In this document: in pieces, positions 57,203 to 64,000 of the stretch
Position numbering within the stretch: the stretch's first letter is position 1
Layout of the letters: each line of letters opens with the position of its first letter
From: an uncultured virus (IMG/VR IMGVR_UViG_3300031813_001387)
Taxonomy: Duplodnaviria; Heunggongvirae; Uroviricota; Caudoviricetes
DNA: 64,000 bases
IMG/VR virus record: IMGVR_UViG_3300031813_001387
Reading direction: 5' to 3' (one strand)
The notes under the pieces: generated by a model
Told to the model about the DNA's origin: nothing
Database searches by the model: none
The model's input: only the letters and a program-made list of their open reading frames with translations
Program-made: the position numbers and the translations under genes

Positions 57203-57786
57203 AGGAGCTGCTGGTTGCCTCAGGAAACAAGGGGAAGCTGCGCGAGTTCGGCGAGTTGTTGAAAGGGGTCGTCGGCAGCATCCTGTCGCCCGCCGATTTC
57301 CCCGGCCTGCCCGAGGTGGAGGAGGACGGCGCCAGCTTCGAGGAGAACGCCATCAAGAAGGCCCTCAGCGCGGCCCGCTTCACCGGTCGGCCCGTGCTGG
57401 CCGACGATTCCGGCCTCTGCGTGGATTTCCTCGGGGGGCGGCCCGGCGTGTATTCCGCGCGCTTTGCCGGCGAGGGGGCGAGCGATGCCGACAACAACGC
57501 GCTGCTGCTGCGCGAGCTTGAGGGGGTCCCCGCAGGCGAGCGTGGCGGCGCCTTCCACTGCGTCATAGCGCTTTGCCAGCCCGACGGCAGCTGTCAGACC
57601 TTCGACGGCTCCCTTCCGGGAGTCATCCTGGAGGCGCCGCGCGGTGAGGGCGGGTTCGGTTACGACCCACTTTTCCTGGTGCCCGAGTACGGCCAGACCT
57701 TTTCCGAGTTGCCGCTGGAGATCAAGAACACCATCAGCCACCGGGGCCGTGCCATGCAGCAGCTGAAGGCGGCCCTGTCCGCCTAA
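57199..57786 (+). CDS. rdgB: Non-canonical purine NTP pyrophosphatase (RdgB/HAM1)
   Basis: Start [13 protein letters not shown] at 57199; [21 protein letters not shown]. Confidence 0.95.
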   Translation: MKELLVASGNKGKLREFGELLKGVVGSILSPADFPGLPEVEEDGASFEENAIKKALSAARFTGRPVLADDSGLCVDFLGGRPGVYSARFAGEGASDADNNALLLRELEGVPAGERGGAFHCVIALCQPDGSCQTFDGSLPGVILEAPRGEGGFGYDPLFLVPEYGQTFSELPLEIKNTISHRGRAMQQLKAALSA

Positions 57787-57789
57787 GAT

Positions 57790-58232
57790 TTCGCCCGCCC
57801 CTCGCCCTCCGGGAGAGGGTGGCCGGAGGCCGGGAGAGGGAAGTCTTTGACTTTAAGCAGTTGAGTTCTCTGGTTGGCCTCAGGCCGATTCCGTAGGGGC
57901 GAATCATCATTCGCCCGCCCCTCGCCCTCCGGGAGAGGGTGGCCGTAGGCCGGGAGAGGGAAGCCTTTGACGTTCGGCAGTTGGGTACCCCGGTTGGCCT
58001 CAGGCCGATTCCGTAGGGGCGAATCATCATTCGCCCGCCCCTCGCCCTCCGGGAGAGGGTGGCCGTAGGCCGGGAGAGGGAAGCCTTTGACTTTAAAAAG
58101 CAGTTGAGTTCCCCGGTTGGCCCCAGGCCGATTCCGTAGGGGCGAATCATCATTCGCCCGCCCCTCGCCCTCCGGGAGAGGGTGGCCGGAGGCCGGGAGA
58201 GGGAATCCTTTGACGTTCGGCAGTTGGGTTCC
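57790..58232. repeat. BIME-like tandem array of composite REP units (about 3.7 copies)
   Basis: Units start at 57791, 57911, 58031 and 58154; CCCTCGCCCTCCGGGAGAGGG hairpin plus GTAG-GGGCGAAT-CATC-ATTCGCCC. Confidence 0.85.
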
Positions 58233-58344
58233 CTGGGAGCGGCAATGGAACCTGGACGAATCCGCTCAAGATTAAAACAGTCAAAAAGTCGTGTAAAAAG
58301 CTTGCGCGAGGTAGGTAGCTATGATATAAGGTTGTTTCTTGAAT

Positions 58345-58422
58345 CGGGGTGTAGCGCAGCCTGGCTAGCGCACCTGCCTTGGGAGCAGGGGGCCGGAGGT
58401 TCGAATCCTCTCACCCCGACCA
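58345..58422 (+). tRNA. tRNA-Pro(TGG)
   Basis: Acceptor CGGGGTG/CACCCCG, anticodon arm CCTGC-CTTGGGA-GCAGG, GTTCGAATC, CCA end. Confidence 0.95.
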
Positions 58423-58439
58423 CTCAAGTGCTTGACTCT

Positions 58440-58516
58440 GCGCCTGTAGCTCAGCTGGATAGAGCAACGGCCTTCTAAGCCGTAGGTCAGAGGTTCGAAC
58501 CCTCTCAGGCGTACCA
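58440..58516 (+). tRNA. tRNA-Arg(TCT)
   Basis: Anticodon arm ACGGC-CTTCTAA-GCCGT, GTTCGAAC, CCA end. Confidence 0.95.
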
Positions 58517-58532
58517 AACTACAATCAAATAT

Positions 58533-58609
58533 GGTGGATATGGTGAAGTGGTAAACACAAACGACTGTGACTCGTTCATACGTGGGTTCGACCCCCACTA
58601 TCCACCCCA
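58533..58609 (+). tRNA. tRNA-His(GTG)
   Basis: G-1 start, anticodon arm AACGA-CTGTGAC-TCGTT, GTTCGAC, CCA end. Confidence 0.93.
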
Positions 58610-58697
58610 ATTTTTGAGCAACTACTTAGAATTCAAGTAGTAAATAGAGGCTTACTTCCGAATCAGCCCCATTTTGGGCTACAAGGAGTAAGCCTTT

Positions 58698-60509
58698 ATG
58701 CGTTTCGCCTACCTAGTCCAGCGAGGCAGTAAGTTCTATTTTCAGTGCAGAATCCCCGCCGATGTGAAACGCTACTTCCCCTGTGCCCAAATCAAAAAAT
58801 CACTGAAAACCACGAACCCTAAGCAGGCTTCGACGCTGGTAAGAGGGTTGACTGCGAAGACGGAGAAACTTTTCTTTATGGCACGTTCCGGCCTGCTGAC
58901 ACCGAAGCTGATAGAAAGCCTTGTTCAGGAGTACATGGCTACCATGCTTGACCAGGATAAGCGAGATCGCTACGGCGTTACTGAAAATGCCCTGGATGAG
59001 GCCGCGCTGCGCATGAATAATGATTTCCGTGAGCGCTACCAGATGGACAACCGGAAGGATTATGAGATGCTGGACGAAGAGACTGGCGAGGTGGAGGAGG
59101 TGTCAGGCGCTCGAAATCTTGCTTCCTACTACCGGGCGCTTGCTATTCGCTACATGGAGCAGGGGCGTAAGCAGGATCATTCAGAGATTGCGCCGGTAGC
59201 CTCTGCGTTGCTCGCAATCGAGAAGGTGCAGGCGGTTCCAAGTTCGCCAGAATTTCGGATGTTTTGTGATGCCCTGTTAGCCAAGGAGGTTGAGGTCAAC
59301 CAGGTGTTAGCGGAACGGGCGGAACGGGGCCTGAGCAATCCTTATGATAAGAGCGTCACATCGGCACCACAGCGCCGTAAAAAGCTGAGTGCGCTGATTG
59401 ATAAATACTTTGAGGTCCACACCGGGCACTGGGAGCAGGGAAGCAAGAGGAAGATGGAGGAGCAATTTGGTAAAATCCTGGAACTTACCGCCAATCCGTA
59501 CACTGATGAGATAAACCAAGATATGCTTGTTGAATTGTTCAAGGCGTTGGCGCAGTATCCCAAATACCGAAATCACCCCCATTTGAAAGGGCTTACTTTG
59601 GATGAGTGCAGGATGCACCCAAACTATGAGCCTTTAAACTCCACAACCATAAAACAGACTTGGTTTGCGCTAGGTGGCCTTCTGACATACGGAAGTGAAA
59701 ACGGAGAGTACGGCATAGCTCGCAACTATTGCAGTGACAAAGTGTTCACTGTAAAGAAGAAGGTGCTGGCAAAAGTAAGCAACGACACGTTGAAGCGGTT
59801 ACCCTACAACCATAATGACATCCAGTCGCTAATCAATGAGCTGGGTAAGCTGAGGAAAGCGTTTAACCCGCACATGGTGTGGATACCGCTGATTGCGCTG
59901 TATAGCGGGATGAGGGAAAGCGAAATTTGCCAGCTTTACTGTGATGATATCGTTGTGGTTGACGGTATAGCGTGTTTCCGGTTGCGTGACTACGAACCGA
60001 GAAAGCAAAGTATAAAAAATGAACAAAGCCGCCGAACGATTCCAATTCACCCTACGTTATTGAAGTTAGGTTTCATGGATTTCATTCAGTCAAGACGCAA
60101 ACTGAAGTATGAAAGGCCGTGGGAAGACATGAAGTCAAGTAAGATTTTCTATTATGCCAATAGAGACAGCTACTCTCATTATTTTGAGAAGTGGTACAAT
60201 GGCACGTTTAGAAAGCGCGTGATCCTGGATGAGGGAGAACGGGAGAAAAAACCGTTTCATTCATTGCGGCATACCTTCATAAACTGGTTTTTTCAGAATG
60301 TGCGTTCGCAGGTTAGGGATAACGCCGCTGTAAAGGGGCTGGTTGGACATCTGGAGTCAGACGAACAGAAGACGATAACCGCAGTGCTCAAGGGGATCTC
60401 TTGGGAGGTATACAGCCAGGAACTAAAGCCGGTGCCTATGCTGGAGACGCTGAGGCTACTAGATTACGATGTAGATCTCTCCCCGCTGGGATTGCCGTTT
60501 AAGTGGTAA
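58698..60509 (+). CDS. Tyrosine integrase with N-terminal DUF6538-like domain
   Basis: YLVQRGSKFYFQCRIP...KKSLKT; LYSGMRESEICQL, KNEQSRRTIPIH, FHSLRHTF, LVGH...Y. Confidence 0.9.
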   Translation: MRFAYLVQRGSKFYFQCRIPADVKRYFPCAQIKKSLKTTNPKQASTLVRGLTAKTEKLFFMARSGLLTPKLIESLVQEYMATMLDQDKRDRYGVTENALDEAALRMNNDFRERYQMDNRKDYEMLDEETGEVEEVSGARNLASYYRALAIRYMEQGRKQDHSEIAPVASALLAIEKVQAVPSSPEFRMFCDALLAKEVEVNQVLAERAERGLSNPYDKSVTSAPQRRKKLSALIDKYFEVHTGHWEQGSKRKMEEQFGKILELTANPYTDEINQDMLVELFKALAQYPKYRNHPHLKGLTLDECRMHPNYEPLNSTTIKQTWFALGGLLTYGSENGEYGIARNYCSDKVFTVKKKVLAKVSNDTLKRLPYNHNDIQSLINELGKLRKAFNPHMVWIPLIALYSGMRESEICQLYCDDIVVVDGIACFRLRDYEPRKQSIKNEQSRRTIPIHPTLLKLGFMDFIQSRRKLKYERPWEDMKSSKIFYYANRDSYSHYFEKWYNGTFRKRVILDEGEREKKPFHSLRHTFINWFFQNVRSQVRDNAAVKGLVGHLESDEQKTITAVLKGISWEVYSQELKPVPMLETLRLLDYDVDLSPLGLPFKW

Positions 60510-60687
60510 CGATATATCTTTTAGTCGTAAGTGGCTGATCTTAAATAAGATTGTTTGGACCCCTAGGGGCGTGGACGCCTCCGTTTCCGCGATGGGAGAG
60601 GCTGAAATATTTGACTCCCGGCCCCCACTAAGTTGCTGTTTTATAAGTATTATTTCTTGCCAGTGCCGGCGTGGGCCTGGAGGATTT

Positions 60688-60831
60688 ATGAGATTGGTTG
60701 TTTTCGGGGCCTTGATCCTGGCTCATAGCTGTGCTGCGGTCTGGTTCTACCGGCGTCGCCGGGATCTACTGGCTACGGTCAACATGTCCTGCGCTACGCT
60801 CGCGGTGTACGTGCTGTGGTTTAGGGTCTGA
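60688..60831 (+). CDS. Small two-TM peptide, 47 aa
   Basis: GGAGG RBS before ATG 60688; followed directly by a terminator. Confidence 0.5.
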   Translation: MRLVVFGALILAHSCAAVWFYRRRRDLLATVNMSCATLAVYVLWFRV

Positions 60832-60876
60832 ACGAACAAGGGCCGCTCCCAGATCCAGGAGCGGCCCTTGTTCGTC
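60832..60876. terminator. Long hairpin between convergent genes
   Basis: ACGAACAAGGGCCGCTCC-loop-GGAGCGGCCCTTGTTCGT. Confidence 0.75.
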
Positions 60877-61523
60877 TAAAGGCAGTTCATGTACACGTTG
60901 TGGATCTCTTCCGGCTGGATACAGATATAACGAAGTGTGACCGCCTGGGAGGAGTGCCCCAAGATCTCGGTTAGCTTGGGGAGTTCTTCCCCGAAGGTAA
61001 CCCGCTGATGGTATGCCCACGTTTTCCTAAGGCTGTGGCTTCCAAAGTTGTCCTTCGGCTGTGACTTCCGGCAAGTACTGCACCAATCCTTAACCAGCCG
61101 GTTGAGCTGCTGGATAGTCAGTTGTCCGGCGCTAGGCTCCATGGTGGTGGTGCCCTTGGCAGTTGTCTTGGTGACGGCCTTCCTCGTAGCCTGCTTCCGA
61201 CTCTGGAACAAGAGGTCTTCGTCCTGGGGGTTGGTCATGGAACCTATGAGGCTCTGGGCTGCGGTCACGGCTGAAGCGTTGAAGGAGAGGTTGCGCACCT
61301 TTCCGGTCTTGCCTTCCTTGACTGCCACGGTATCACCTTCTTTTAGGTGCCGTACATGCCCTACCTTCAGGGCCAGGAGGTCGGAACCGCGAAGCGCAAC
61401 ATTGATGCCGATGGTGAACAAGGCGAGGTCGCGGGTGTTACCCTCCAGGCTCTTCTTGATTCGGTTAATATCGGCGATGCTCTTGATCGGTGCGGTGGTT
61501 GTATCGGTCCCTTGTATGCTCAT
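60876..61523 (-). CDS. Small tyrosine recombinase (catalytic domain only, resolvase-like)
   Basis: GGGAGGG RBS before ATG 61523; NVALRGSDLLAL, EGKTGK, SHSLRKTW, ILGHSS...TLRY. Confidence 0.9.
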   Translation of the reverse strand: MSIQGTDTTTAPIKSIADINRIKKSLEGNTRDLALFTIGINVALRGSDLLALKVGHVRHLKEGDTVAVKEGKTGKVRNLSFNASAVTAAQSLIGSMTNPQDEDLLFQSRKQATRKAVTKTTAKGTTTMEPSAGQLTIQQLNRLVKDWCSTCRKSQPKDNFGSHSLRKTWAYHQRVTFGEELPKLTEILGHSSQAVTLRYICIQPEEIHNVYMNCL

Positions 61524-61537
61524 TGTACCCTCCCTTG

Positions 61538-61684
61538 AATGTTCATTTATGGTTATTTCTATCATAAGTGAACATTTATTGCAAGTGCCATTCTCACCTG
61601 AAGAAGGAAAAACGGGCTAAGTGGCGTCGTAGCAAAGAGAAAACTCGTTTTACCCAATGTTCACTTATTCACAAAGTGAACATT
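61538..61684. other. Putative recombination/binding site for the adjacent tyrosine recombinase
   Basis: AATGTTCACTT-N7-AAGTGAACATT (61656-61684) and AATGTTCATTTATG-N11-CATAAGTGAACATT (61538-61576). Confidence 0.7.
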
Positions 61685-61800
61685 CAACAGTGTAAATGTG
61701 ACCAGTTAGGCTTACCGTTAAAATACTTTCTTGTCCCCGGTTAATGTGGTATGAAGAAGGCACTAGAGCGGTATCAATCACTGACTCTCAGGGGGGCAGC

Positions 61801-62169
61801 ATGGCCGGTGAGCTGGTAAGCAGAATCCTCAGATCGAAGACGAATCTAACAGATCAGGAAATTGAAGCGATGAAAGACCCGGAGGGGTGGCGTCTGATCT
61901 ACAGCCTTAATCCGGTGAAGGTACAGCGGCCCAAGAAGGAAACTATCTGCTTCACCGGGTTTTCACCCCAGACCAAAGAGAGCCTACACGGCACTGCCGC
62001 CGAAAGAGGCCTGCATGTGGTCGAATCCGTCACCACAACACTTACATATTTGTGCTACGGTAATAACGCCGGTCCTGTCAAGATGAAGAAAGCGAAGGAA
62101 ATAAACTCAATCCTGATGACAGAAGATGAATTTATGGAATTCATCCACACCGGAGTCATTCCAGGTTAG
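61801..62169 (+). CDS. BRCT-domain protein
   Basis: TICFTGF, VVESVTTTLTYLCYGNNAGPVKMKKA, MTEDEF. Confidence 0.8.
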   Translation: MAGELVSRILRSKTNLTDQEIEAMKDPEGWRLIYSLNPVKVQRPKKETICFTGFSPQTKESLHGTAAERGLHVVESVTTTLTYLCYGNNAGPVKMKKAKEINSILMTEDEFMEFIHTGVIPG

Positions 62170-62196
62170 GAATCAGCCGCTTTTCAGGAGGAAAAC

Positions 62197-62841
62197 TTGG
62201 AAAAAATATCTGCAAAGAGAATGACAGATCTGATTGCCACTTTTGTTGACGGATATGCTGACGGCTGGTTTATGGCGGTAAAAGAGTGCTTCAAAGAACA
62301 GCTTGACATAAGATACACTGAAAAGGTGATAACTGTAGAAGCAGCAGACGGAACAAAGAAAAAAAGAATCATCTCTGAGTGGACCCAAGGCGTTTGCTAC
62401 TGCTTTGCAAGGGAACACATGCTTTACGATACTCCTAAGGCCTATCTTCCTTGGGCGGAGGCGCTGCAGCACATGAACCTTGCTTGCAAGATCACATCCT
62501 CCTCCCCTAACGAACTCATACGAAACGAGGACGAAGAGCTGAAGAACGAGGTAACGGGGAACGAGGAATGGAAGGGCAAGAAAACGAAGAGCAAGAAGCC
62601 GAAGGGCTACACACTTCAACCGGGCCACGTCTTCTTCAAGCTGTTCAAGCCTAACTCTGAGTGCTCGGCACTGGTAGAAGTGGGAGACTTCCACCTTACG
62701 CAAAATCAGTTCGTTGAATTCCTGATGACTGGAAAGTATGAGTTTCAGGACGAAATTCTACCCCGGCAGGCTTCGCAGGATGCCCTAGAATCGCCGATCT
62801 CAGGCCAGGACATAGCAGGACAAGGTGCTTTCTCCTTCTAA
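62197..62841 (+). CDS. Hypothetical protein
   Basis: AGGAGG RBS with TTG start; 214 aa. Confidence 0.7.
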   Translation: MEKISAKRMTDLIATFVDGYADGWFMAVKECFKEQLDIRYTEKVITVEAADGTKKKRIISEWTQGVCYCFAREHMLYDTPKAYLPWAEALQHMNLACKITSSSPNELIRNEDEELKNEVTGNEEWKGKKTKSKKPKGYTLQPGHVFFKLFKPNSECSALVEVGDFHLTQNQFVEFLMTGKYEFQDEILPRQASQDALESPISGQDIAGQGAFSF

Positions 62842-63231
62842 GCATTTTCTGTGCCCAAGCAACGAGTATTTAGAGTTATTAATTGACTGAATTGACGTGC
62901 TGTGGTAAAACGCAGAAGTTCCGGTTCGGAACGACTATGCTATAAGGTATATCAGTAATCCCTCTCCCTCCCAATCCCCAACAGATCACCTGCAGGCGAG
63001 CGAAGCGAACCCCGCAAAAGTACTCAAGAAATATTTTCCACCTACAACAGTAAAAAATTAAAGAACTGGCCGATTTCCTTGGAGGTGACCGCCAGTTCTC
63101 TTTTCATAGCAAGATCCAGGGGAACACTGCACCTTACCATTTATATGCTGCTTGCGGTGAACACTCCCGCACAGCCGTTGTCGTTTCTTCGCTTCAGCTT
63201 CCAGCATGGGAACCACAGCCTTATGTGATTG

Positions 63232-63567
63232 CTACTTTTCCGCGAGGCCCGTTACGATGTCCACAACGCTGCTGCGTAGGGTTGGCGAAACACGTCTGAA
63301 TGCCTTTAGGAGCTTTGACTCTTCTTCGGAAAGAGTGCTGACAGCATACGATGATGCGTCAAAGAAAGATGATACCGGAATATTAAGGGTGACAGCAATC
63401 TGCTGCAACCTCATAAGATTGATCTTCGTTGCAGCTCGCTCATATTTCTGCACCTGCTGAAATGTCACTCCTAGCTCTTCCGCCAATCCCTCCTGCGTCA
63501 AGCCAGCCAACAAGCGGAGTTCCTTTATCTTCTTGCCAATGGCTATGTTGTCCATAGGTATCTGCAT
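63232..63567 (-). CDS. XRE-family HTH regulator
   Basis: IGKKIKELR...TQEGLAEELGVTFQQVQKYE; start at 63555 or 63567. Confidence 0.85.
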   Translation of the reverse strand: MQIPMDNIAIGKKIKELRLLAGLTQEGLAEELGVTFQQVQKYERAATKINLMRLQQIAVTLNIPVSSFFDASSYAVSTLSEEESKLLKAFRRVSPTLRSSVVDIVTGLAEK

Positions 63568-63721
63568 ATCCGCGTGCCTTTTTTGCCTGCGAGCATACAG
63601 CCGTAGGATTTTGTGTGCCACGCACAGATGCTGCTTGATTTACTTGGAATTACACCTCAGGGGTTGTATAAGAGAGGTTTCCGTTTAGATCGGACAATGC
63701 CATGGAATTTAGGGAGAGGGA

Positions 63722-64000
63722 ATGAAGAGACTGGTTGCTTGTGTCGGTGTGATGACGATGCTTGGTTGTGGTGGTGGTAATGGCGGCACAGGGGCTACGG
63801 CAATAGATTCCTACGCTGGGACATGGGGCTATAGCGACTCGCACACCAATATACGTATGAGCTTGAGTACAGCAAACAATAACTTCGGATACGATGGGAG
63901 CATACACGTTGACACTACTGACGGCACCGGTATGTCAGACGCCTTTGGCCGGTACTCATCGACTACAGTAATATCTCCTGGTGGTCGTAATGGATACCCT
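63722..64000 (+). CDS. Lipoprotein, partial (runs off the window)
   Basis: GGAG RBS; MKRLVACVGVMTMLGCGGG lipobox; frame open to the window end. Confidence 0.6.
   Translation, partial: MKRLVACVGVMTMLGCGGGNGGTGATAIDSYAGTWGYSDSHTNIRMSLSTANNNFGYDGSIHVDTTDGTGMSDAFGRYSSTTVISPGGRNGYP

Larger units (their letters stand above)
58610..64000. mobile_element. Integrative element inserted at tRNA-His, continues beyond the window
   Basis: Integrase immediately after the tRNA 3' end, drop in GC, second recombinase and accessory genes; the other att site is not visible. Confidence 0.7.

Noticed and set aside
57734..58153. 139-aa ORF made of three peptide repeats
   Set aside because: It is the translation of the non-coding REP/BIME array on the opposite strand.
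57790..58232. REP array as a CRISPR array
   Set aside because: Whole 120-bp units are near-identical, with no unique spacers.
58182..58610. ORFs 58182-58478 and 58365-58610
   Set aside because: They overlap clear tRNA genes.

Overview
Bacterial chromosome window, probably from a GC-rich Geobacteraceae-like deltaproteobacterium (inferred from gene content only), and mostly mobile DNA. (1) 1188-25781 is a Mu-like transposable prophage with TG...CA ends and a 5-bp TCCAT target duplication, inserted into the loop of a host terminator. It has intact repressor/ner/transposase/ATPase genes and a complete-looking contractile tail module. An apparent internal deletion near 8060 leaves no recognisable terminase, portal, head protease, lysis or late-activator genes, and several tail-region proteins carry signal-peptide-like N-termini. 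(2) About 26000-51300 is a mosaic, mostly AT-richer island. It holds two 5'-truncated genes joined back to back, an orphan degenerate CRISPR-like array with covarying hairpins (29993-30461), a serine resolvase with a res-like site, secreted/lipoprotein cargo, a GInt-like three-tyrosine-recombinase operon, and an unknown four-gene cluster plus hipBA flanked by 94-bp diverged direct repeats. (3) 51455-58609 is core genome: nrdJ with NrdR boxes, a GAF-GGDEF protein, a beta-helix protein, rph, rdgB, REP/BIME repeats and tRNA-Pro/Arg/His. (4) From 58698 a second integrative element starts at tRNA-His and runs off the window. All calls are by eye from motifs and gene order; no database searches were run.
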